Assembly: GCA_902794095.1 (NCBI GenBank) | Contig: CADBFZ010000006.1 | Span: 90,092-154,091 of the forward strand | Length of the DNA: 64,000 nt | DNA from: an uncultured Lachnospiraceae bacterium | GTDB taxonomy: Bacteria > Bacillota > Clostridia > Lachnospirales > Lachnospiraceae | Direction: 5' to 3' | Part shown: positions 36,517 to 45,928 of the stretch, one piece after another | Position numbering within the stretch: the stretch's first letter is position 1 | Layout of the letters: every line of letters starts with the position of its first letter | The notes under the pieces: model-generated | The model's database searches: none | What the model was told of the DNA's origin: nothing | What the model saw: only the letters and a program-made list of their open reading frames with translations | Made by a program: the position numbers and the translations under genes

Positions 36517-38748
36517 CTATATAAGGTTTAGCGGGTCGAGGTCGAACTGAACATACATCTGAGTCATAATTTTGTTTGTTAGAAATTCCTCACAAACATT
36601 TCTTATCTGCATCAGTTCATTCGCATCCGCATTTTTGATATAAATCACGAATCTGTAGAAATCCTGAACCTTTCCGATGTTACCCGGAGCGGGGCCAAGA
36701 ATTCTTTCGCGTCCTTTAGACTTTATCACATCTGCAAGCTCAAGGGCAAGATTTGAAGTCTTCTTCTCGTCTGTTCCGAAGAGCTGAACGGCCAGCATAT
36801 GAACGGCGGGAGGATACCCTGCCATATCCCTGTAAGCCATCTCCTCTTCATAGAACTTCTTATAGTCCTGCTGAGCCGAGGTTGTTATGGCATAATGCTC
36901 GGGCTGATAGGTCTGTATTATGGAATATCCGGGCTTTTCTCCCCTTCCCGCTCTTCCGCAGGCCTGGGTCAAAAGCTGGAAAGTTCTCTCGGAAGCCCTG
37001 TAATCCGGAACTCCCAGTGAAAGATCCGCAGCAAGGATTCCAACCAGGGTAACTCCGGGGAAATCATGACCCTTTACGATCATCTGGGTTCCTATAAGAA
37101 TCTGTGCCTCGCCTTCGGCAAAAGAAGACAGGATCTTGTCATATGACCCCTTAGCAGAGGTGGTGTCCTTATCCATTCTGAGAGTTTTAACTCCCGGATA
37201 CATCTTATTAATGCGCTCTTCAACCGCTTCCGTGCCTGCTTTTATGGCAGCTAAGTACTTGGAGCCGCAGAAAGGACATACAGAAGGCTTGGGCGCTGTA
37301 TCACCGCAGTAATGGCAGATCAGCTTATTTCCCGTATGAACCGACATGGGAACGTCGCAGTGGGTACATTTAACAACCTTACCGCATTCCCTGCAGGATA
37401 ACTGGCCTGAAAATCCTCTTCTGTTTAAAAAGAGCATTATCTGGTCACCGGAGGAAATTGCGTCGTCCATAAGTGCCTTAAGACGCCTCGAAAACATGGA
37501 CCGGTTTCCGCTTGATAGCTCGGCTCTTAAGTCAATGATCTCTGTCTGAGGCAGTTTTCCGCCTGTTGCACGCTCATTAAGCTCGAAAAGTTGCATGTTT
37601 CCTTGCAAAGCGCGGGAGTAGGACTCTAGAGATGGCGTAGCAGAGCCCATTACGAGGGCGGCACCGGATAATTCGCAGATTTTTCCTGCCACTTCGCGGG
37701 CATGGTATTTCGGCGTATTCTCAGATTTATAGCTGGGTTCATGCTCTTCGTCCATGATTATGAGCCCGATATCGTTAAAGGGAGTAAAGAGTGCGGACCT
37801 GGGTCCGATGATGATGTCGATATCCCCTGCTTTTGCCCTCTCACACTGGTCAAATTTCTCTCCCGGGGACATGGATGAGTTCAAAACACTGACTCTGTCG
37901 CCGAATTTTGAATAAAATCTTGCAAGTGTCTGGTAGGTGAGTGCAATTTCAGGAATTAAAAATATCACCTGTTTTCCATTAAGCACAGTTTTCTCCGCAA
38001 GTCTTAAATATACTTCTGTTTTTCCACTTCCGGTAACCCCATGGATCAGGTATTTTCCGGGAGTGCCTGCGTCAATATCCGCACTTATGGCATCAACTAT
38101 GGTCTGCTGCTCCGTATTAAGGCTTACGGTCTTGCTGTTTTTAATCTCTGAAACGGTGGGCTTTCTGTAATGAGTATCGCTCTCTAATATAGCCGCACCA
38201 GCTTTAATAATGGAATTTACGGTAGATCCGGAGACATTCAGTTGTCTTGTGACAAAAGAAACCGGAATCCTGTCGTCCTCGATAAGAGCTCTGAGAAGAC
38301 GCTCCTTGGCGGTTCTCTTAAGCCTATAGGCTTCATCAGCAAGTGCTTTGAGTTCCTCGGTATCCATCTTCCTGACAAGAGTCTTATGCTCTACCGGTTT
38401 TACTTTCGCTTTAACGGGAATAACGGCCTTGAGAGCCTGGGAGAATGTACCGCCATAGGTCTCCCTGATATATGCGGCAATCTCAAAGCTTCTCTCCTCT
38501 GCGCTGATACTGCCGTCTACGAGGCCTAAGATGTCCTTTATTTTAGAGTCTTCAAGGTCAGCATGGTCTTTCAGAGCCGTGACATATCCCTTCTTCTCGG
38601 AGTCACCCTTACCGAAGGGAATCCTTACCCTGCTTCCCACGCAAATAATACCGGATAGCCTCTGAGGTATCCGGTAAGTAAAAGGTCTGTCGAGTTTGTC
38701 AATGCTGATATCTATGATAACGTCAGCATATATTGAACCTTGAGCCAA
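36517..38748 (-). CDS. priA: primosomal protein N' (replication restart helicase)
   Basis: Helicase motifs (LIHGVTGSGKTEVY, DEEH), a Cys-rich zinc-binding insert (CRECG...CTHCD...CHYCG...CPFCG), and an N-terminal 3'-binding domain (YADVIIDIS...). The likely start is the TTG at 38748, with GGAGA 8 nt upstream. The ORF-track extension to 38823 has no ATG. Confidence 0.85.
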   Translation of the reverse strand: MAQGSIYADVIIDISIDKLDRPFTYRIPQRLSGIICVGSRVRIPFGKGDSEKKGYVTALKDHADLEDSKIKDILGLVDGSISAEERSFEIAAYIRETYGGTFSQALKAVIPVKAKVKPVEHKTLVRKMDTEELKALADEAYRLKRTAKERLLRALIEDDRIPVSFVTRQLNVSGSTVNSIIKAGAAILESDTHYRKPTVSEIKNSKTVSLNTEQQTIVDAISADIDAGTPGKYLIHGVTGSGKTEVYLRLAEKTVLNGKQVIFLIPEIALTYQTLARFYSKFGDRVSVLNSSMSPGEKFDQCERAKAGDIDIIIGPRSALFTPFNDIGLIIMDEEHEPSYKSENTPKYHAREVAGKICELSGAALVMGSATPSLESYSRALQGNMQLFELNERATGGKLPQTEIIDLRAELSSGNRSMFSRRLKALMDDAISSGDQIMLFLNRRGFSGQLSCRECGKVVKCTHCDVPMSVHTGNKLICHYCGDTAPKPSVCPFCGSKYLAAIKAGTEAVEERINKMYPGVKTLRMDKDTTSAKGSYDKILSSFAEGEAQILIGTQMIVKGHDFPGVTLVGILAADLSLGVPDYRASERTFQLLTQACGRAGRGEKPGYSIIQTYQPEHYAITTSAQQDYKKFYEEEMAYRDMAGYPPAVHMLAVQLFGTDEKKTSNLALELADVIKSKGRERILGPAPGNIGKVQDFYRFVIYIKNADANELMQIRNVCEEFLTNKIMTQMYVQFDLDPLNLI

Positions 38749-38783
38749 TTTTCTATCTCCGTGAGAGATATTATAACATATTT

Positions 38784-38812
38784 TGTGACACGGGGTCGGA
38801 CCCCATGTCACA
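38784..38812. repeat. GC-core palindromic element, copy 2 (TGTGACAcgGGGTCgGACCCCATGTCACA), located at -25..-53 of the priA extended -10 promoter
   Basis: Near-identical to the element at 11778-11806. Immediately downstream on the minus strand are TGtTATAAT (38768-38776) and the priA RBS. Confidence 0.5.
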
Positions 38813-38825
38813 CTTTTAAACAACG

Positions 38826-38858
38826 AAAAAGAGCTCCGGGATCACCGCAGCTCTTTTT
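38826..38858. terminator. bidirectional intrinsic terminator (AAAAAGAGCT-ccgggatcaccgc-AGCTCTTTTT)
   Basis: Stem flanked by an A-tract and a T-tract; lies between recJ and priA. Confidence 0.6.
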
Positions 38859-39057
38859 CGTTTCTTATGAGGGGGGAGAATAACTAACTCTTATTAGTTA
38901 TCTTGATATAGATATTAAAGTATAAATGTGTCGAAAATGTGTCCGAATCCCTAAATAAAAATAAAAAGAATTAAGAAACTATTAATAATTTTATAGTTTC
39001 CCGTATATATCGTGGTTAAAAGGCGTTTTTGAGGGGCAATTTCCACAAGTTTACGGG

Positions 39058-40818
39058 TTATTTATAATATTTTAGCTTGAAATCCACGTATTCGTTGCCT
39101 TTAAACTCACTAATTCCCGGCTCATAGCAGATGTCAAGCTTCACGGATTGTGTTCCTGCATAGAGCTTTTCTGCGGTTCCGGGGCCGTATTTAGAGTCAA
39201 TATATGAATCAAAGGCCTGCATATCTCCGAAGTTAATAAGCTTTAGGTTCTTTCCGTTACAATATGCATTAAGTCTTCCGTACTGGCCTTCCTTGCCCAT
39301 TCTGGATGCGGACTTGATCTCAACATCCTTCCATGCAAAGAGTGCACCGGGATTTGCACTGCCTATGGGTTCAATCTTCTCAAGATCTCTGATAAGGCCT
39401 GTAGAAATATAATCAAGAGGAACTGCTGCATCAAACCTAACCTCTTTGATCAGGTCATCATCCGTGAGGGCTGACTTGGCGTTGAGCTGCTCTTCGAGAT
39501 TTGCCAGGTTATGTTCTTCCAGTGAGAAACCTGCAGCCATTGCATGTCCGCCGAACTTGGTAAAGAGGTCCTTCACCTCATTCATCTTCTCAAACATATT
39601 ATAGGCAGGTATTGATCTTGCAGACCCCTTAAGCCCCTCTTCTCCCTTTGTAACGACAAACACGGGGCGATTGAAACGCTCTTTAAGCTTGCCCGCAACA
39701 AGTCCCGCGATACTCTCATGTGCATCGGGCAGGTAGATCACAAGGATCTTCTCTTCTAATTTATTTTCACTATCGATTATCTCAAGAGCCTTCTTGACTC
39801 CTGTTGTGGTCATATTCTTACGAAGGTCGTTGAGCTGCCTGATCTCCAGTGCTTCCTTAAGGCATTCATCGTAATCATCGGATAACAGTAGCCCTACGGA
39901 TTCAGCTGCGCTCTCGAGCCTGCCTGTCGAGTTGATACAAGGACCTATTACAAAAGAAAGGGAGTAAGCAGAAAGCTTTGTTCCTGCCAGACTGTTTGCT
40001 GTCATAAGAGATTTGAGACCTTTATTTTCGGTATGGGCCATTCTGCGAAGGCCTTCTTTTACGATAATTCGGTTTTCATCGCAAAGGTCCATGACATCGC
40101 ATGCGGTACCCAGTGCAGCGAATTGAACAGCCTCATCAATAGCCTTCTGAAGTGCCTCGGAAGGTCTTTTGCTCTGAAGGGCCATGATAACTTTAAATGC
40201 AACCATTGCGCCGCAGATGCCTCTGTAGGGGTATGTGCTTCCTTCCCTGTGTGGGTCAACAACTGCAATGCACTGAGGAAGTATTTCTGTCTTGGTGCCT
40301 GATTCTTCCGTAAAAGGAACCTGATGGTGGTCGGTTACGATAACCTTCATGCCGAGTTCGTAGGCAAGTCCTATCTGGGATGCAGCGGCTATTCCGTTAT
40401 CGCAAGTGATTATAAGCCCGGTTCCTGCTTCAGCCGCATCACGGACAATGTCATCATTAATGCCGTATCCGTCCTTAAGTCTGTGGGGAATGGCGTAGCT
40501 TACGTCTCCGCCACAGGCAGTAAGACCTTTTACGAGGATGTAGGTAGAGGTTACGCCATCAACGTCATAGTCTCCCACAACGCGGATCTTCTCGCCGGTA
40601 TCTATAGCGGTAAGCAAGCCTTCTACAGCTTTATCCATGTCAGGCAACAAAAAAGGATCATGAAGGAGGCTTAAATCCCCCTCCAGATAATCCCTGGCTT
40701 CATCTATGGTTTCCGCGCCTCTGTTTCTGATGACTCTTGCGCACAGCGGATCAATGCCGAGTTCACGTCCCCACTCAGCAAAATTACCGCTTTTTCTTAT
40801 CTCAATCCATTTTTCCAT
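39058..40818 (-). CDS. recJ: single-stranded-DNA-specific exonuclease RecJ (DHH/DHHA1)
   Basis: DHH motifs (VVGDYDVDGVTS, DHH), a DHHA1 GGH motif (FGGHAMAAG) and a C-terminal OB-like domain; 586 aa. Confidence 0.85.
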   Translation of the reverse strand: MEKWIEIRKSGNFAEWGRELGIDPLCARVIRNRGAETIDEARDYLEGDLSLLHDPFLLPDMDKAVEGLLTAIDTGEKIRVVGDYDVDGVTSTYILVKGLTACGGDVSYAIPHRLKDGYGINDDIVRDAAEAGTGLIITCDNGIAAASQIGLAYELGMKVIVTDHHQVPFTEESGTKTEILPQCIAVVDPHREGSTYPYRGICGAMVAFKVIMALQSKRPSEALQKAIDEAVQFAALGTACDVMDLCDENRIIVKEGLRRMAHTENKGLKSLMTANSLAGTKLSAYSLSFVIGPCINSTGRLESAAESVGLLLSDDYDECLKEALEIRQLNDLRKNMTTTGVKKALEIIDSENKLEEKILVIYLPDAHESIAGLVAGKLKERFNRPVFVVTKGEEGLKGSARSIPAYNMFEKMNEVKDLFTKFGGHAMAAGFSLEEHNLANLEEQLNAKSALTDDDLIKEVRFDAAVPLDYISTGLIRDLEKIEPIGSANPGALFAWKDVEIKSASRMGKEGQYGRLNAYCNGKNLKLINFGDMQAFDSYIDSKYGPGTAEKLYAGTQSVKLDICYEPGISEFKGNEYVDFKLKYYK

Positions 40819-40909
40819 GTAGATATTTCGTCCTGCCTTTTCTTACTAAGTTATATTTTAACTTATATCACCCGGCATGTCCCAAATTTTTCATGGTATG
40901 TTTTGAGAC

Positions 40910-40952
40910 GGTTCCTTATATTTCGCGGCAGGACCCGGAAATATAAGGAACC
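40910..40952. other. perfect 15-bp stem hairpin (GGTTCCTTATATTTC-13 nt-GAAATATAAGGAACC) in the recJ-secDF intergenic region
   Basis: Seen directly. It lies in the recJ 5' region and shares the 10-mer GACGGTTCCT with the terminator at 43384. Confidence 0.35.
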
Positions 40953-40971
40953 GCCACATGTATTACTGAAT

Positions 40972-41001
40972 AAAAAAACAGGGACGAATGAATCGTCCCT
41001 G
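40972..41001 (-). terminator. intrinsic terminator downstream of secDF
   Basis: On the minus strand: CAGGGACGA-ttcat-TCGTCCCTG followed by TTTTTTTA. Confidence 0.6.
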
Positions 41002-41021
41002 TTGAATGTATTGCGTTAGAT

Positions 41022-43301
41022 TTATGCCTTTTTCTTAGCGGGGAACTTCTTGGAAAGAATGATCCAGAAAGCACCGGCGAGGCAAACTGATGAGTAGCAT
41101 CCGCATCCGATACCGACCATAAGAGGAAGTGCGAAGTCCTTGATGCTGGATACGCCGAGGAAGTACAGAAGCGCAACCATTACGAAGGTGGTCAGTGAAG
41201 TGAAGATACTTCTTGAAAGGGTCTGAGTAACGCTCTTGTTAACTACTTCTACGATATCAGCCTTTCCTGCATTTGCCATGTTCTCACGTACACGGTCGAA
41301 GATAACGATGGTAGCGTTGATGGAGTAACCGACGATGGTAAGCATACAAGCTACGAATGTGTTACTTACTGATACTCTTGCTGCTGCATAGAATGCAAGA
41401 ACAACGAGTACGTCATGTACGAGAGCAAATACTGATGAGAAACCGAAGCGGATATCCTTAAATCTTACTCTGATGTAAACGAGCATGCAGAGGATTGCAA
41501 CTACAACCGCAATGATGGTGTCTCTCTTCATCTCATCGGAGATGGTGGAGGAAATGGTCTCGGTCTGGATACTCTGCTGAGTTACGCCAAAATCATTTAC
41601 GAACATGCTCTCGAGAGCGCTTCTGGTAGCTGACTCAAGAGTAGAGGTCTTGAAGATTACTTCGTTGGAGTTCTGTACGGTCTGAACCTGTACGGAGCTT
41701 CCGGTGATCTGCTCAACCTTGGGAACTACGGTATCGGTGAGTTCCTGAAGGGTGTAGCTCTGGTTGAAGTCTACGGTGGTAGCGGTACCGCCTACGAAAT
41801 CAAGTGAATAGTTGAGAGCTCCCTTGCCTGATGCCTTGTTCATTCCCATGAATACGAAGCCTGCAAGGATAACTACAACTGAGATAACGATAAAGATTGC
41901 TTTCTTGGAAAGGAAGTCGATGGATTTCTTTTCACGACCCTTGCCATAGAATGCAACATTCTTAAGGCCGAGTGCATAAAGTGCCTGCATGAGCCACTTG
42001 GTAACAAAGAGTGCGGTGAACATTGATACCACGATACCAAGTGCAAGAGTCTGTGCGAATCCCTTTACATTGGAAGGTCCGAGGATCAAAAGCACGATTG
42101 CTGCGATGAGGGTGGTTACGTTTCCGTCGATAATTGCGGAAAGTGCCTTAGCATAACCTGTGTTGATAGCGCTCTCTACGCTCTCGCCCTTACCGAGCTC
42201 TTCTCTGATACGTGCGAATACGACAACGTTTGCGTCAACCGCCATACCGATTGAAAGGATGATACCTGCAATACCGGGAAGGGTAAGTGTAAGTACATCG
42301 TTAAATCCGATAAGAAGAAGTACGATCAATGCAACATAGAAGCAAAGTGCAATTGCTGATGCAAGACCGGGGATGAAATATACAATGATCATGAATGCAG
42401 CTACGATTGCAAGTCCGATCGCACCTGCTTTAAGTGAAGTCTCAATAGCGTCAACACCAAGCTGAGCTCCTACAACCTTGGAATGAAGCTCTTCAAGCTC
42501 AAGTGAAAGTCCACCGATACGGATCTGGGTAGCAAGCTCTGAAACCTCTTCATAAGTAAAGGGGTTATAAGTAGATCCGCTGATGGTACACTGACCTTCA
42601 TCGATAACCTGCTTAACCTGGGGAGTGCTGATGAACTCACCGTCATAGTAAATACCGATGGTCTCATATCCGTTGGCAACTGCTCTTGCGGTAGCTTCTG
42701 CGAACTTAGCGCTTCCTTCGGGAGTGAAGTTGAGTTCTACAACATACTCCTGATTCTGCATCTGGTTCTGAATTGAAGCTGCTCTTGCAACTGCAACATC
42801 GGTACCGGTTATAATAACGGAGCCGTCTGCAATGAGCTCGTCAATGGTCTTGGTAAGAACGGTCTTCTCACCTGAGCTGCCATCTTCGTTCATTACATAC
42901 TGAGACTGATAGTTCTGATTGCCTGCAGAATCAGTCTGGCTGATAAAATAGAGAGAGCCGGGACGGCCGAGCTGAGAAAGAATATACTCTGCATCGGTAA
43001 CACCGGGAATCTCAATGGTGATTCTGTTAGAACCTTCCTGATAAACCTGTGCTTCGGTTGAATAGCTTTCAACTCTCTGCTGGAGCTTATAAATGGTATC
43101 TGCCATATCGGTCTCGGAAGGATTCTCATCTCCTACAACCTGATAAGTGATACTGACACCGCCCGCAAGATCGAGTCCGAGCTTAATATCGGATGCATTT
43201 CCTGCGCCGTTTCCGTCGTAGCCCCAAATATCCATATAGCCAATTCCCAGTGTCAGGAGAAGAACTATAAGAATGACAAGAGCTGCCTTACTTTTCTTCA
43301 T
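41022..43301 (-). CDS. secDF: protein translocase subunit SecDF (fused SecD-SecF)
   Basis: A large periplasmic-type domain followed by two six-helix membrane domains with characteristic SecD/SecF blocks (GIDLAGG, LIGFNDVLTLTLPGIAGIILSIGMAVDANVV, DRVREN); 759 aa. Confidence 0.9.
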   Translation of the reverse strand: MKKSKAALVILIVLLLTLGIGYMDIWGYDGNGAGNASDIKLGLDLAGGVSITYQVVGDENPSETDMADTIYKLQQRVESYSTEAQVYQEGSNRITIEIPGVTDAEYILSQLGRPGSLYFISQTDSAGNQNYQSQYVMNEDGSSGEKTVLTKTIDELIADGSVIITGTDVAVARAASIQNQMQNQEYVVELNFTPEGSAKFAEATARAVANGYETIGIYYDGEFISTPQVKQVIDEGQCTISGSTYNPFTYEEVSELATQIRIGGLSLELEELHSKVVGAQLGVDAIETSLKAGAIGLAIVAAFMIIVYFIPGLASAIALCFYVALIVLLLIGFNDVLTLTLPGIAGIILSIGMAVDANVVVFARIREELGKGESVESAINTGYAKALSAIIDGNVTTLIAAIVLLILGPSNVKGFAQTLALGIVVSMFTALFVTKWLMQALYALGLKNVAFYGKGREKKSIDFLSKKAIFIVISVVVILAGFVFMGMNKASGKGALNYSLDFVGGTATTVDFNQSYTLQELTDTVVPKVEQITGSSVQVQTVQNSNEVIFKTSTLESATRSALESMFVNDFGVTQQSIQTETISSTISDEMKRDTIIAVVVAILCMLVYIRVRFKDIRFGFSSVFALVHDVLVVLAFYAAARVSVSNTFVACMLTIVGYSINATIVIFDRVRENMANAGKADIVEVVNKSVTQTLSRSIFTSLTTFVMVALLYFLGVSSIKDFALPLMVGIGCGCYSSVCLAGAFWIILSKKFPAKKKA

Positions 43302-43377
43302 GATCTGTTTTTTCCTTTCAAATATAAGTACTAAATACCAAACATTAGAATATTACTACCTATTTAATGAAAAATCA

Positions 43378-43421
43378 ACAAAAGGGGACGGTTCCTCTGC
43401 CATAAGAAAGGAACCGTCCCC
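43378..43421 (-). terminator. intrinsic terminator downstream of the CorC/HlyC gene (bidirectional)
   Basis: GGGGACGGTTCCT-ctgccataagaa-AGGAACCGTCCCC (13-bp stem) with an A-tract upstream and T-rich sequence on the minus strand. Confidence 0.6.
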
Positions 43422-43435
43422 TGTAAAATAAGCAA

Positions 43436-44743
43436 TTATTCGGCTTTTTCGGCTGATTCTTCGCTTTCCTCAGCCTGAACTTCCTCTTCAACAGGCTCGG
43501 GAAGGGTAATTTCAACCTCTTCGATACGCTTCTGGTCCATTCCCAGGACTTTAAGTATGGTTCCGTCCTCCAGAACTACCTCTTCGCCGTCCTTGGGAAG
43601 GTGATCGAGATGCTCGATCACGATACCGCCCACGGAATCATATTCCTCACTTTCGAGGTTGGTTCCTACGGCTTCGTTGAAGTCATCGAGGCTTAAAGCG
43701 CCTTCTACGACATATACACGGTCGTCGATCTTACGAATGAGCTCTTTTTCATCCTCATCGTACTCGTCCCTGATCTCACCTACGATCTCCTCAAGGAGGT
43801 CTTCCAGGGTGATCATACCTTCGATGGTACCGTACTCATTAAGGACAAATACGATATTAGAGGTCTCCTTACGCATCTGAGCCAGGAGATCCTGAGTTTT
43901 CTTAAACTCGTGAGTATAAAGGGCTTCTCTCATAATGTCCCTGACCTTGAAATGCTCGGGATCTTCGAGAGCGATAAAGTCCTTCATATTGATGACGCCT
44001 ATGATGTTTTCTTTTTCATCCTCATAAACGGGAAGGCGGGTGTACATGCACTCCTTGAATACAGCAAGTACCTCATCATAGGTGAAATTTACGTCAACGC
44101 TGACCATGCGGACCTTGGGAATCATGATATCCTTAGCAACATGGTCGGTAAAATCAAACAGATTATAGATAATATCACGCTCTTCGGGCTCGATCTCGCC
44201 ATCCTCGTGGCTAACGTCGACATATGTCTTGATGGCATCCTCGGTTATGGCATCGGTCTTACCGTCAGCATCTATTCGCATTACGAAAAGAATAGCCTTG
44301 GCAACACCGTTAACTATGAAAATAATGGGCGTAAATACCACCATAAGGACCTGGATTATCCTTGCATAGTTAAGTGCCATCTTATCGGCTGATACGGTTG
44401 CCCAGGTCTTGGGAACGACTTCACCGATTATAAGAATGATAAAGGTAAGAATACCTGTCATTACGCCTACGGGTATGCCAAAATACTCTGTCGCAAGCAT
44501 GGTTGAAATAGCCGATGCCGACAGATTAACTATGTTATTGCCAATCAGCACTGTGCTGAGCAGTTTGGAGCCTTTTTCGAGTATGCGAAGAACCCTGGCA
44601 GCCTTTTTATTGCCGTCATCTGCAAGACTTCTGATACGTGCTTTGTTGCACGAAACAAAAGCCGTCTCCGCCGAAGAGAAAAAACCTGATAAGAATATTA
44701 GAATTATTAATACTGAAATTTGTATGGGGCCGGAACTGTCCAT
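43436..44743 (-). CDS. HlyC/CorC-family transporter (DUF21 membrane domain, tandem CBS domains, CorC_HlyC C-terminal domain)
   Basis: Four N-terminal TM helices, CBS pairs, and a C-terminal transporter-associated domain (LLEEIVGEIRDE). Confidence 0.8.
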   Translation of the reverse strand: MDSSGPIQISVLIILIFLSGFFSSAETAFVSCNKARIRSLADDGNKKAARVLRILEKGSKLLSTVLIGNNIVNLSASAISTMLATEYFGIPVGVMTGILTFIILIIGEVVPKTWATVSADKMALNYARIIQVLMVVFTPIIFIVNGVAKAILFVMRIDADGKTDAITEDAIKTYVDVSHEDGEIEPEERDIIYNLFDFTDHVAKDIMIPKVRMVSVDVNFTYDEVLAVFKECMYTRLPVYEDEKENIIGVINMKDFIALEDPEHFKVRDIMREALYTHEFKKTQDLLAQMRKETSNIVFVLNEYGTIEGMITLEDLLEEIVGEIRDEYDEDEKELIRKIDDRVYVVEGALSLDDFNEAVGTNLESEEYDSVGGIVIEHLDHLPKDGEEVVLEDGTILKVLGMDQKRIEEVEITLPEPVEEEVQAEESEESAEKAE

Positions 44744-44862
44744 ATAAGTTAAAAAAAATTCCTCCTATTACCGGTAACAGATTTACAGGCCAGAGCCTGC
44801 ATTTAGTAAATAATACTACAGAAACGCGGAAACTTTGTCAAATGAGTGCCTTTGCCCGACTC

Positions 44863-45876
44863 TTAAAAACCGAAATAATTGAAAACTTCCTCGTTTTCCT
44901 CAGGATTATGATTCCGGTTCTGTTTTATCCAGCCGTAAATAGCCGCAAAATCGGGTCTGGCCTCAATTATCTGGATAATAACGGACTCAACATCTGCTTC
45001 TGGTATCGCCTGTTTAGAAAGATTGGAAAACAAAGCTTCGGCCTTTTTATTTTTCTCCTGAGTGGGGAACCACACTCCGAGACCGGCCTCATGAAGCCTG
45101 TAAGCAAGTGATTTATATACATCCCAATAGTCACCGAATGCCTGGAAGCATACATTGTCATGCCTGATTCTATTGAAAAGTTCAAATTCCTGAGGAGGGG
45201 TGATATTCAGATTATTAAGTCTGTTTTCGTAGGAATTTCTGATTGCGTAATTAGCGGCTTCTACCGCCGCAACGGTAAATAAACCGCCGATAAATCCTAT
45301 ATTCGGAATATTGTTATATGAATTTATGATACTTCTTTCGTTTGCCTGAAGGGTCAGTTCCACCGAATCGGTCATGACCTTATAGGTATCGTCGAAAGTA
45401 CAGAAATCATTAAGATGGGTCTGTCTGAATTCTTCAAGAGTTATCTCATATAAGCCGTTGCTCATAAGGATCTTATACGCATCCGAGACCAAAGGTTCCA
45501 GAAAACGAAGGTAGACCTGGGGAGCTATATCGAGATACTGATAAAGATTATGCACATTCGCATAATAATCTCTTTTAAAATATGCATGCTGGATAAAAGC
45601 ATTGTTTCGATAGACTTTTCTCCAATGAATAAAAGCATCCACGTCGGCCGGGACATGAAAAGGCTTGCCGAGGAAAGTAAACTCCCTCTCCTGTCCGGTA
45701 TATTTTTCGGGATCTATCCAGGAATATCCTTCTATTTCCTTAGGAGTATAATCCACCGGGGCGATTTCTCCCTGAGAAGCAGCAATCCCATTTTCTTCAA
45801 AGTATCTGTTTCCGCAATTCCAGCAAAACACATCCTGAGGATTTCTCTGTGCCTGTCCGCATACCTTACAAAACAT
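44863..45876 (-). CDS. hypothetical protein with an N-terminal zinc ribbon (CKVCG...CWNCG) and an uncharacterised ~300-aa domain
   Basis: Complete ORF with a GGGGAGAT RBS. Last gene of the ZnR-SPFH-ZnR triad. Confidence 0.5.
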   Translation of the reverse strand: MFCKVCGQAQRNPQDVFCWNCGNRYFEENGIAASQGEIAPVDYTPKEIEGYSWIDPEKYTGQEREFTFLGKPFHVPADVDAFIHWRKVYRNNAFIQHAYFKRDYYANVHNLYQYLDIAPQVYLRFLEPLVSDAYKILMSNGLYEITLEEFRQTHLNDFCTFDDTYKVMTDSVELTLQANERSIINSYNNIPNIGFIGGLFTVAAVEAANYAIRNSYENRLNNLNITPPQEFELFNRIRHDNVCFQAFGDYWDVYKSLAYRLHEAGLGVWFPTQEKNKKAEALFSNLSKQAIPEADVESVIIQIIEARPDFAAIYGWIKQNRNHNPEENEEVFNYFGF

Positions 45877-45928
45877 TTATATCTCCCCCTCACATGGGCC
45901 AAATTGAAACGTCCCCGTGGCCCCTTAT

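Noticed and set aside
36517-38823. ORF-track N-terminal extension of priA to 38823 (MFKSVTWGPTPCHK...)
   Set aside because: The extension has no ATG and runs through the palindromic element and promoter. A TTG with a good RBS at 38748 precedes the conserved PriA N-terminus.
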